From Macrostomum lignano (lineage: Eukaryota): DNA of 64,000 nucleotides. The DNA lies in contig NIVC01001940.1 in the NCBI GenBank assembly GCA_002269645.1, positions 1-64,000 of the forward strand, given 5' to 3'. Below the pieces are notes generated by a model that was not told the DNA's origin, did no database searches, and was given only the letters and a program-made list of their open reading frames with translations. Shown one piece after another: positions 27,981 through 64,000 of the stretch (its first letter is position 1; each line of letters begins with the position of its first letter). A program made the position numbers and the translations under genes.

Positions 27981-28849
27981 CCCCACTCTCCGTCTTTTCG
28001 CTCTTTTTACTTGTAAAATTTTTTATTGTCATTCCGCGCCCCGTTCACAATATTAGGTTGCAGCTCTGTGCCTCCATCAGACTCTGCAGCTGCACTCCTG
28101 CAGGACTTGCTTTTCGCGCGGAGCCAGCACTAGAAGACACAGGAAAAGTGGGATTTTTGCGCAACCCCTCTCCAACCCGTCCGAAAGCACCAACCGGCTT
28201 TAAAACTCCTCCTTTCCAGCCTTTTGTGTGCCAAGCTTTATGTCAGCGCACTGTTGATGTCGCCGCATTGGAGTCTGGGGCAGCAAGTGGGAGAGAAAGA
28301 GAAAGGAGAGACAGAAGAGATGAAGCAGTTCTTCTGCTTTCGGGTGCAAGGAAGTTGACGAAAAAAACTGTTTTTGAACGTTTACATTTCATCTCTGCAT
28401 GCGCCTCTCTGCTCTTACGGACCTCTCTCTCTCTCTGTGTTTTGGTCACTCTGTATGCATGCGAAGAGAAATCCTCTGCCAGTTTTTTCCTCTCCAAAGA
28501 TCCCATTTCAGCAACCAGCTGCTGCCCTGAGAATGGACCTGCGAGTTTAGTTAATAATAGTAATCGTTTTCTATACACTGCACAGGCCACTTGTCCAGCC
28601 CTGGTGCCAGGGTGTGATGGGAGGAGACTCGCTGGATCAAATTTCTCAGCCGCCGCTGCTGCCCGCCACTTAGCAGGCAGCGGCTCTGGTTCCCCATAGT
28701 CACTATGAGTAAGTCTTATCCTAATTTTTGAGCCATATACTCAACTCTTAATAACTGAATTTTTATGGATTAAAAATATCTAGATTTTATCTGGTAGTAC
28801 ATAAATAGCTTAAGTATCCAATCGATATCGGTGCTTCACTGCCGATTTT

Positions 28850-29672
28850 AGTGTTTACCAGCTCACTTTGTTGTTTACCAGCTCACTTTGGTGTTTACCA
28901 GCTCACTTTAGTGTTTACCAGCTCACTTTGTTGTTTAACAGTTCACTTTGGTGTTTACTAGCTCAATTTGGTGTTTACCAGCTCACTTTGGTGTTTAACA
29001 GCTCACTTTGGTGTTTACCAGCTCACTTTGGTGTTAAACAGCTCACTTTGGTGTTTACCAGCTCACTTTGGTGTTAAACAGCCCATTGTGATGTTTAATA
29101 ACCCATTGTGGTGTTTAACAGCCCACTCTGATGTTTAATAACCCATTGTGGTGTTTCACAGCCCACTCTGATGTTTAATAACCCATTGTGGTGTTTAACA
29201 GCCCACTCTGATGTTTAATAACCCATTGTGGTGTTTCACAGCCCACTCTGATGTTTAATAACCCATTGTGGTGTTTAACAGCCCACTCTGATGTTTAATA
29301 ACCCATTGAGGTGTTTCACAGCCCACTCTGATGTTTAATAACCCATTGTGGTGTTTAACAGCCCACTCTTGATGTTTAATAACCCATTGTGGTGTTTAAC
29401 AGCCCACTCTGGTGTTTAATAACCCATTGTGGTGTTTAACAGCCCACTCTGATGTTTAATAACCCATTGTGGTGTTTAACAGCCCACTCTGGTGTTTAAT
29501 AACCCATTGTGGTGTTTAACAGCCCACTCTGATGTTTAATAACCCATTGTGGTGTTTAACAGCCCACTCTGGTGTTTAATGACCCATTGTGGTGTTTAAC
29601 AGCCCACTCTGATGTTTAATAACCCATTGTGGTGTTTAACATCCCACTCTGGTGTTTAATAACCCATTGTGG
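28850..29672. repeat. 20-bp repeat converting to a 40-bp dimer (acccattgtggtgtttaacagcccactctgatgtttaata)
   Basis: Direct reading. Confidence 0.95.
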
Positions 29673-30229
29673 CGAGGAAAAGACTTAAAAACTTCTGGAA
29701 TTTCAAAGCAAAAGGCAAAATAAAATAAAAGCAATTTAGTGCACGATTTCACATACTGTTCTCTGTACTCAGTAATACTCACCTCTTACGCTCGTTTATA
29801 TTGATATTCACCTGAAGACTCTGCACCGTTTTGCTTCACAAGTTTTTTGTCTTACTAATCCAGTTTCAAATTGCTCAACCAAACAACTCGACAGTCAAGA
29901 AGATACTGGGAGAGAAAAGCGAGCTAGCAACAACATTGGAACATTAAATCCCGAATCAGTTGGTGGCTGCCACCATCTCGATTGTTGGGACGTCTCGGAT
30001 TGGCTGATGCAGAATTGCCCGGCAGCGAATCAGGGGTCAGCGTGCATTTCGTCTACTAGGCAATAGCAGATTACTTGCTTTATACTACTAGGAAGCTATG
30101 TTTTTAGTAGTATAAAAAGTTGTGTGTAGTCGTTATAGCAACTTAGAATAGGAATAGGAGTGAATAGGTTGCGTGCCTTATCTGCATGATTGGACGCTGA
30201 CAATAAGATTCAGAATCTGAGAGTGCGAT

Positions 30230-30990
30230 TAACAGTCGAAGAGCGAGATGACGATATGAGAGTGAAATTGATAATCTGAGTGAGATTGACGATTTAAGAG
30301 TGAGATTGATGATCTGAGAGTGAGCTTGATGATCTGATAGTGAGATTGACAATCCTCCGAGAGTGAGATTGACGATCTGAAAGTTAGAGTTAGATCTAAG
30401 AGTGAGATTGACGATATGCGAGTGAGATTGACGATTTGAGAGTGAGATTGACGATCTAAGAGTAAGATTGATGATCTAAGAATGAGACTGACGATATGAG
30501 AGTTAGATTGATGATCTGAGAGTGAAATTGAAGATCTGAGAGTGAGATTGAAGATCTGAGAGTGAGATTGAAGATCTGAGAGTGAGATTGAAGATCTGAG
30601 AGTGAGATTTTCTGTCTGAGAGTGAGATTTATGATCTAAGAATGAGATTGACGTTCTGAGAGTGAGATTGACGTTCTGAGAGTGAGATTGACGTTCTGAG
30701 AGTGAGATTGACATCTGAGAGTGAGATTAACGGTTTAAGAGTAAGATTGATGATCTAAGAATGAGATTGAGGTTTTGAAAGTGAGATTTATGATCTGAGA
30801 GTGATATTGACGGTCTAAGAGTGAGACTGATGTTCTGAGAGTGAGATTGAAGATCTAAGAGTGAGATTGAGGATCTGAGAATAAGATTGACGATTTGAGA
30901 GTGAGATTGACGATATGAGGGTGAAATTGAAAAATCTAAGTATGAGAATGACGATATGAGGGTGAGGCTGACAGTCGGAGACTGAGATTG
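30230..30990. repeat. Diverged 20-bp repeat (gagtgagattgacgatctga)
   Basis: Direct reading. Confidence 0.9.
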
Positions 30991-32974
30991 TAGCTCTAAG
31001 ATGAGATAGGATATAACTGGGATCTGCATGAGAATCTGTGAATTTGAACAGGATACGATTGAGCTAGTCAACACCTAAGCACGAAAGCCTGCAGCTTACG
31101 TGGCAGTCGATGCTCATGCTCATTATACGCTGGATGAGTAATGCGCCGCCAGGTTCAGTAATTACTGCGGCGCAGTCTCGGCAAGTCCGGGTATTTGAAA
31201 AAATTAATAATGAGTCGGAGGAGGCTGGAGAGAGAGCACAGTAAAGCGATGAAGAATAATGAGACAGCCGTCATAAAATTGTGGCTCAGTTGAAGAGCTG
31301 GCCAGAAGCCTTGATGGACAGGCGGGCAAGTCGCGAAACAGCTTTGTTAATCACGCTGTACCTCGCCGCCGCAACCCCCCACCCATTGGGAGAAGCTGGA
31401 ATTTGCGCCTCCCAGAGCGCGTGCTGGCAAGTTAGCGGGGCGAAAACAGAATGATGATATTTGGCCCGAACTGTGATTGCGTAATCATACTTCAAGTAAT
31501 TCTCAAGCGACTAGCTCGTATATTTCTACTTCTGAGCCTCGTTACGTAGAATCATACGGTTTTACCACCATGGATGTGATGCGAGAAGTGATCGGAAATT
31601 AACATGGCGTAAATGCACGATTTTTACCAAAAAAGAAATAGTACTTTTTAGAAAGAAAGAATGTTAGCTGCAACTTACTGTTGTGCATCCAGGGTTTCCT
31701 GGATCAGGATGAGTACAGCTCGACAATTTTCATCAGATTTATTGACGCAGATGCGCAATTATAATGCTGTAGATTTATTTTCAGACAGAACGAAATTCTC
31801 CGTCCCTAAAGTCCTGGCCTATATGTTGCAAAGCAGGCTTATTCATATACGACATAGTCGCGCGGCTCGATGTTATGATAAAGGTTGATGGGCTAGCTCA
31901 CAAAAGGGCGCGTACCTACTCTGCCACTCCACCGGACCGGGAAGTAGGCCCTCAAGGCTGGCCCGACACCAGGAGCGGAACCACTATCGACCAAACTGCA
32001 TGTACATGCACTTCCCGGCCTTCCAGCTCATCAGCGTGGTGAACACCTTTATATAGGCATTAAAATTGTAAGTTGAGCAGTACCGCGGCCTGCAGACAAG
32101 CTGTAATGTAAAAGAAAATTCGGCCGGAGCCATTGGATGGATCACCACCGCCATAACCCGGTCTATCTATCCGCCTTAGAATCTGTCTTGAAATTTTGTG
32201 TACCTGCCTAATCGGCTTACGAAACGGTTAGCTTGGGGACGTATCTGCAGCTTCCAGGAGGCAAATAGAGGATGAGTGCATATCTCCCACCAGCCTTTAT
32301 CCACAGAATAAGGGGCCAGCAGGCATTGCAGTCTGTAGCACGTAGGCCTAGTCCACTGCATACGTACTTCACAGGCTAAATACGAAGTGTTGCTCTTTCG
32401 TGCTTCATACCCCGTGATAAAGTCGATTACAACCCAAAAGGTTGTTCATAACAATATTTACGAACGAAAATGCAAGCGAGGAAAAAACTGAAACAAATAT
32501 GTATTTTTCTGCCTCTTTTGATTATTGACGTGCGAATTTTTACAACAAAGTTACAAAACTTTATTTTCTTTTTATTGCATTTCCCAATAAAAATTGTTTT
32601 ACTTTTATCACACTGAAACTCAAGACTTTAAAAAGTTTTTTCTTAGAACCAGGACTACATCTCGTCGATTTTCACAGAATAGTGACATTAAAGGGCATAT
32701 TATTTATTTTGCTGTATAAACCCACCATCTGTCTCCATCCCGAATATTGCTTAAGCCGAAACTTGGCAATTTTATTTTCATAAAGTTTTAATATCAGTTT
32801 AAGTGTGCTTTGCGCATGTCAATGACGAATTGTTGATCCCTTTTCATTTTCTACAATTTTCTAAGCGCATTAGAAAATTAACTACTGCACTTTCCAGTTG
32901 AAGTTTTTAAAAAGTGATTATGAATAAAAACTGATAGTAATTAAGAAAGACCAAAATTAATTTCTCATGATAAT

Positions 32975-57043
<24,069 letters not shown>

Positions 57044-57177
57044 GTGAGTTTAATGAGTCGCTTTTGTTTCATTTTTTGTAATTTTTCATTTAGTGTGCTG
57101 AGATTCTTTCGCGATTGTAGCCAGAAATGTCACAATGTCACTCATGCTTTTTGTCATGCTTTTCTGTTTTCGCCGAA

Positions 57178-57945
57178 ATAATGGCGCCTGTGTAGATAAT
57201 GTCAATAGTGTAGATAATGGCGCTAGTGTAGATAATGGCAATAGTGTAGATAATGGCGCTAGTGTAGATAATGTCAATAGTGTAGATAATGGCGCTAGTG
57301 TAGATAATGTCAATAGTGTAGATAATGGCGCTAGTGTAGATAATGGCGCTAGTGTAGATAATGGCAATAGTGTAGATAATGGCGCTAGTGTAGATAATGG
57401 CAATAGTGTAGATAATGGCGCTAGTGTAGATAATGGCAATATTGTAGATAATGGCAATAGTGTAGATAATGGCGCTAGTGTAGATAATGGCAATAGTATA
57501 GATAATGGCGCTAGTGTAGATAATGGCAATAGTGTAGATAATGTCAATATTGTAGATAATGGCAATAGTGTAGATAATGGCGCTAGTGTAGATAATGGCA
57601 ATAGTGTAGATAATGGCGCTAGTGTAGATAATGTCAATATTGTAGATAATGGCAATAGTGTAGATAATGGCGCTAGTGTAGATAATGGCAATAGTGTAGA
57701 TAATAGCGCTAGTGTAGATAATGGCAATAGTGTAGATAATGGCGCTAGTGTAGATAATGGCAATAGTGTAGATAATAGCGCTAGTGTACTCGTAGATGAT
57801 GGCTCTGGTGTAAACTAATGGCGCTAGTATAGATACTCGTAATGGCGCTAGTGTAAATAATGGCGCTAGTGTTAAGATAATGGCGCTAGTGTTAATATAA
57901 TGGTGCTAGTGTAGATAATGGCGCTGGTGTTTAGATAATGGCGCT
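57178..57945. repeat. Minisatellite, 18 bp (gtgtagataatggcgcta / ...ggcaata alternating)
   Basis: Direct reading. Confidence 0.95.
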
Positions 57946-58079
57946 ATAAAAAAGTTGTTGGTGCAAGCTGCTACTTGCAGTAGCTGACAGTAAAATGAAT
58001 TTGAAGCCTATTAACATTACCATGCGAATGAATTTGCATTGCCGTCTCTCTCTCCCCTCCCATTGCCATCAAACCACAG

Positions 58080-58112
58080 ACCTCGTGCTGTCCCAGCTCG
58101 TCTGAGGAATAA
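58080..58112 (+). CDS. GRK5: GRK candidate terminal exon A (TSCCPSSSEE*)
   Basis: Pyrimidine tract ctctctctcccctcc...accacag|, phase 0; di-Cys plus acidic end like the GRK6A tail; AATAAA overlaps or follows the stop. Confidence 0.65.
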   Translation, partial: TSCCPSSSEE

Positions 58113-58521
58113 AATAAAAATCGGAAATCCTACTACTTGAGTCCGACAACTCTCTCTCTTTCTCTCTCTCTCCGTCTTCAATGAGTAATCTGTCTGTCTG
58201 TCTTATAATCCAGTAGTTTATTGAAATCTTTATTATGACTGCGACTGCATACAACAGCAAGACAAGTGCAAGCGTAAGTGTCTGCAATGGCAGGCCAATT
58301 CAAATTTATTAACCTGTATATCTGTGTTAGGGCCCGTGTCTCTTGATTTTCCACCTTGTATATGCGGTATTATTAGCATTAATCGGGAGCTTATCTGTTG
58401 TGTGCACTTTATCCGAGATAATAATCCAATTTTGTTTATGCTTTGGCATATCTGCTCTGGAAATTGCTTTTGTTCTGGCTAGTTTGTTGTAACTATGGCA
58501 ACCCTGTGTTATTCACTCCAA

Positions 58522-59575
58522 TGATTATCGAATCCCGAATTCTCCCAGTTCCCTGATTATCGAATCCCGAATTCTCCCAGTTCCCTGATTATCGAATCCC
58601 AAATTCTCCCAGTTCCCTGATTATCGAATCCCGAATTCTCCCAGTTCCCTGATTATCGAATCCCGAATTCTCCCAGTTCCCTGATTTATCGAATCCCGAA
58701 TTCTCCCATTTCCCTGATTATCGAATCCCGAATTCTTCAGTTCCCTGATTATCGAATCCCGAATTCTCCCAGTTCCCTGATTATCGAATCCCGAAGTCTC
58801 CCAGTTCCCTGATTATCGAATCCCGAATTCTCCCAGTTCCCTGATTATCGAATACCAAATTTTCGCAGATCCCTGATTATCGAATCCTGAATTCTCCCAG
58901 TTCCCTGATTTATCAAATCCCGAATTCTCCCAGTTCCCTGATTATCGAATCCCGAATTCTCCCAGTTCCCTGATTATCGAATCCCGAATTCTCCCAGTTC
59001 CCTGATTTATCGAATCCCGAATTCTCCCATTTCCCTGATTATCGAATCCCGAATTCTTCAGTTCCCTGATTATCGAATCCCGAATTCTCCCAGTTCCCTG
59101 ATTATCGAATCCCAAATTCTCCCAGTTCCCTGATTATCGAATCCCGAATTCTCCCAGATCCCTGATTTATCGAATCCCGAATTCTTCAGTTCCCTGATTA
59201 TCGAATCCCGAATTCTCCCAGTTCCCTGATTATCGAATCCCAAATTCTCCCAGTTCCCTGATTATCGAATCCCGAATTCTCCCAGATCCCTGATTTATCG
59301 AATCCCGAATTCTCCCAGTTCCCTGATTATCGAATCCCAAATTCTCCCAGTTCCCTGATTATCGAATCCCGAATTCTCCCAGATCCCTGATTATCGAATC
59401 CCGAAGTCTCCCAGTTCCCTGATTATCGAATTCCGAATTCTCCCAGTTCCCTGATTATCGAATCCCGAATTCTCCCAGTTCCCTGATTATCGAATCCCGA
59501 ATTCTTCCAGATCCCTGATTTATCGAATCCCGAATTCTCCCAGTTCCCTGATTATCGAATCCCGAATTCCCCCAG
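58522..59575. repeat. Minisatellite, 32 bp (gattatcgaatcccgaattctcccagttccct)
   Basis: Direct reading. Confidence 0.97.
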
Positions 59576-59907
59576 TTTTCAAAAAAATTCAGAAAGTGTT
59601 ACTGGGGTTTCTTTTTAGAAGTATTCATCCAATAAAATTTAATTATCAGAAAATAGTCTATAAAACTACTGCCAGTAGCCCAAGCGCATGCATATGGATC
59701 ATTTTTGTTAAATCGCGCTGTCGTGAAGAAGGAGTGACGAGTTTATTTATACACCAATTTTCTGTTGTCAATCAGTGTTGAGGCTCAGATACTTTCCAGG
59801 GTGCAAATTGCAAGATGCTTTACTGTGGATTCACTAATGTAGAATGTTATGATTTTAATGTAAATTTACCGAAAATTTTTCAAGTCTATTAATTCATCCA
59901 CCAGTTT

Positions 59908-60772
59908 GATTGGCAATCCATTCTGTTCTTTCTGATGTAGGCTAGATTAGCAATCCATTCTGTTCTTTCTGATGTAGGCTAGATTAGCAATCCATTCTGT
60001 TCTTTCTGATGTAGGCTAGATTAGCAATCCATTCTATTCCTTTATTGATTTAGGCTAGATTAGCAATCCATTCTATTCCTTTATTGATGTAGGCTAGATT
60101 AGCAATCCATTCTATTCCTTCATTGATGTAGGCTAGATTAGCAATCCATTCTATTCCTTTATTGATTTAGGCTAGATTAGCAATCCATTCTATTCCTTTA
60201 TTGATGTAGGCTAGATTAGCAATCCATTCTATTCCTTCATTGATGTAGGCTAGATTAGCAATCCATTCTATTCCTTTATTGATTTAGGCTAGATTAGCAA
60301 TCCATTCTTTTCCTTCATTGATGTAGGCTAGATTAGCAATCCATTCTGTTCCTTTATTGATTTAGGCTAGATTAGCAATCCATTCTGTTCCTTCTAATGT
60401 AGGCTAGATTAGCAATCCATTCTATTCCTTTATTGATTTAGGCTAGATTAGCAATCCATTCTGTTCCTTCATTGATGTAGGCTAGATTAGCAATCCATTC
60501 TATTCCTTTATTGATGTAGGCTAGATTAGCAATCCATTCTATTCCTTTATTGATGTAGGCTAGATTAGCAATCCATTCTATTCCTTCATTGATGCAGGCT
60601 AGATTAGCGATCCATTCTATTCCTTTATTGATGTAGGCTAGATTAGCCATCCATTCTATTCCTTCATTGATGTAGGCTAGATTAGCAATCCATTCTATTC
60701 CTTCATTGATGCAGGCTAGATTAGCAATCCATTCTATTCCTTTATTGATGCAGGCTAGATTAGCAATCCACT
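59908..60772. repeat. Minisatellite, 39 bp (gatgtaggctagattagcaatccattctattcctttatt)
   Basis: Same family as 12437-12728, inverted. Confidence 0.97.
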
Positions 60773-60943
60773 ATTCATTCATACAGTACATTCATTGTAG
60801 ACTAGCAATCCATAATTCCATCTTCAGCTAACTGGCTATCAGAATCAATATTTCCCAGCTTTAAGCGTGCATGAAATGCTAGCAAATCATTAAAATTCAA
60901 AGGCTTCAGCATCAGCCGTGCCCTCCGCTCCCCGATTTTGCAG

Positions 60944-60994
60944 AGGCCGGCAGCGGGCAGCGCCGCCAGTGCAACGCCATCAGCCGCATCCTAG
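60944..60994 (+). CDS. GRK5: GRK candidate terminal exon B (RPAAGSAASATPSAAS*)
   Basis: ccctccgctccccgattttgcag|, phase 0, GC-rich island in AT-rich surroundings, stop TAG 60992-60994. Confidence 0.5.
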   Translation, partial: RPAAGSAASATPSAAS

Positions 60995-61822
60995 CAGCGC
61001 GAACAAGTCTGAATTGTTTTGTTAAATCTTTATTTGCCAGATCTTTAGCTCGTTCCCGGCTACTCTCTGGAATCCGGAAACTCTCTTGGTCTCCCACAGC
61101 TAGTTACAAAATGCCAATGTCGCAATGAACTTGCTTGTTCAACAATAACTATTTATCACAGGTTATTTGCATGCGCAGATTTTCAGCTGTGTACCGAAAT
61201 GATTATCTATTATTAAGCGAAATCTTTTTTTTCTGAAGAGCTTCTCTTGTGTGTTTTATATTTTCAAGGAGATTCAAAATCCGTATTATACTACTTGGAT
61301 AGTGTTTGTACAAGTAGTCACATAGGAAGATAGATAGCAGTAATTTTTAGTATCTCTATATATATTAATGCATAACTAGCATGTCCCTGTTTTCCTTCAT
61401 ATTTTATTATTTGCATTGAATGACCGACTGTCTGTTTATAATAATTATGAGCAGTGATCAGTGAGTTAATTATGATATAATTATTGTTATTACAGCCATG
61501 CAATCTCCTGCGCCTTCATAATCGTAATTGAAATGCACACTAAATTATTTAAACAATTATTTTCACCTGGATTCGATGTACATAATTCGCAATCTCGGTG
61601 TGTCCTCTAGTTTATGAGCATCAATAATATTTATTGAGTATCTGATTATAATATTATAAGGTCTACAATTGTGTTCGTTAAATATTGGTTTGTTGTGACG
61701 CCAATTGCTTGCTTTGGTTTTCTGTGTTGCTGCACTCATCACTCAGCAAGAAAGGAATCAGTACAGTTGGCTGCCCTTCTAATGGGTAAGTATTGAAATG
61801 GGGACCCAGAAGCCTGCTTTAC

Positions 61823-62221
<399 letters not shown>

Positions 62222-62974
62222 TCTCATTCTCGGGCATCCATTCTCGGCTGATCTGTTTAGCCTTAGTCTTCGATAAAATGAAAGCCCTCCAGAGTTCCCA
62301 TGGTCTCTCCAGGCCCAGCTCAACCAAGTCTTTATTGAGTTCAAAAGCAAGATTCACAGTATTATTGATAAAAATGAAAGAAGAAACTTGTTATACCTAT
62401 TCATATATATATATATACTACTCTGAAGTAGTACTAAGGCTACTTAAGTATTAAAAGCAGCTTGTCTCGCATGCCCCAGCTTCTCCACTGCCTACTCCAA
62501 GAAATAAAAAAAATGTTTTTGTTATTGCTGTTGTTGCTATTGTTGCTTTTATTTATCGGATTTAATGCTCGAAGGATATGATTTTATATGCATATATATA
62601 TTTACTGTGCACTCTGTGTGTCTGGCTGGCGTATATAATTCTAATATGCATATTATATATTAATGTTTGTGCTTCGGCTTATTCTCTCTGTTATTTGACA
62701 GAATGTACTTTTATTGTCTTGCAAATTTGACACCTGCTTAACACCGATTACTATATTATATTATATACTTTACATAGCTACTCTCAGAGCACTTGCTGGA
62801 ATTCTATTAAATATACTTTGAGTAGATCTAATAATCTACTTTTTATGCAGTTCGTGTCAGATGTATTATTGAACTACGATTGTTAGTATTAGTAATAAAA
62901 AAACCTGTGACGAACCACGTTCGGCTCAAACTGTTTGTTAATTATTTTATCCAGTGCTGAACAGCTGGGTAGTT

Positions 62975-63290
62975 GTCTAACAGATGGGTGTATATCTAAC
63001 AGAAAGTTGTCTAACAGATAGGTGTATATCCAACAGATAGATGTCTAATAGATGGGTGTATATCTAACAGAAAGTTGTCTAACAGATAGGTGTATATCTA
63101 ACAGAAAGTTGTCTAACAGATGGGTGTATATCTAACAGAAAGTTGTCTAACAGATAGGTGTATATCCAACAGATACATGTATAACAGATAGGTGTATTTC
63201 TAACTGATAGATGTCTACAGATGAGTGTATATCTAACAGATAGGTGTCTAACAGATAGACGTATATCTAACAGTTAATGTCTAACAGATA
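62975..63290. repeat. Diverged repeat, about 34 bp (tctaacagatgggtgtatatctaacagaaagttg)
   Basis: Direct reading. Confidence 0.85.
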
Positions 63291-63296
63291 GACAAA

Positions 63297-63735
63297 CTAA
63301 TCATCAAATTGGAGTGGATAATCATCAGACTGGAGTGGATAATCATCAAATTGGAGTGGATAATCATCAGATTGGAGTGGATAATCATCAAATTGGAGTG
63401 GATAATCATCAGATTGGAGTGAATAATCATCAAATTGGAGTGGATAATCATCAGACTAGAGTGGATAATCATCAGACTAGAGTGGATAATCATCAGACTA
63501 GAGTGGATAATCATCAGACTAGAGTGGATAATCATCAGACTGGAGTGGATAATCATCAGACTGGAGTGGATAATCATCAAATTGGAGTGGATAATCATCA
63601 GATTGGAGTGGATAATCATCAGATTGGAGTGGATAATCATCAGACTGGAGTGGATAATCATCAGACTGGAGTGGATAATCATCAGAATGGAGTGGATAAT
63701 CATCAGACTGGAGTGGATAATCATCAGATTAGAGC
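63297..63735. repeat. Minisatellite, 21 bp (ggagtggataatcatcagatt)
   Basis: Direct reading. Confidence 0.95.
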
Positions 63736-64000
63736 AGATAATAACAGCTTCTTGGTTGAATACAACAAGCCAAGTCCGCCCAATGGGAGTAGAAGACATT
63801 GGTAATTGAGGTGAAAAATGTTCCACAATCACGACATTCGAGTTAGATATTATGAGATAGTAGAATTGAAGTTAGCAAAGATCTACAATAAGATGCCTGC
63901 AGTGACAGCTGTTAGATGCCAGGTGCATTACTGCTCAAATCTTTCTAAGGTTGTCATCAAGTGCACCTGAGAGTTCCGAACCAGTTTTGTACAGAATTTC

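Noticed and set aside
60912-61097. Antisense ORF overlapping GRK last exon B
   Set aside because: 61 aa, no family similarity or codon bias, and no clear splice sites.

Overview
Eukaryotic (animal) genomic DNA. The GC-rich exons separated by minisatellite-filled introns resemble the flatworm Macrostomum lignano, but this is inference only. Two spliced genes lie head-to-head about 6.5 kb apart. (1) On the minus strand is a 7-EC-repeat (delta-like) protocadherin. I could assemble it with canonical GT-AG sites and consistent phases into 8 exons (26435 to 10810, 3267 nt, 1088 aa), ending in a PDZ-type motif, SSFV*. (2) On the plus strand is an intact GRK4/5/6-subfamily G protein-coupled receptor kinase (9 exons, 32975 to 57043, 578 codons). 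It has two candidate alternative last exons: TSCCPSSSEE*, resembling the palmitoylated GRK6A tail, and RPAAGSAASATPSAAS*. A partial exon of an unidentified gene opens the window. More than 30 distinct mini/microsatellite arrays occupy the introns and often abut splice sites. There are several tRNA-headed SINE-like elements, one with a CORE domain. I found no prokaryotic features, CRISPR arrays, rRNA or true tRNA genes. Most long ORFs in the track are artefacts of stop-free repeats. Array boundaries are approximate (about +/-10-20 nt).
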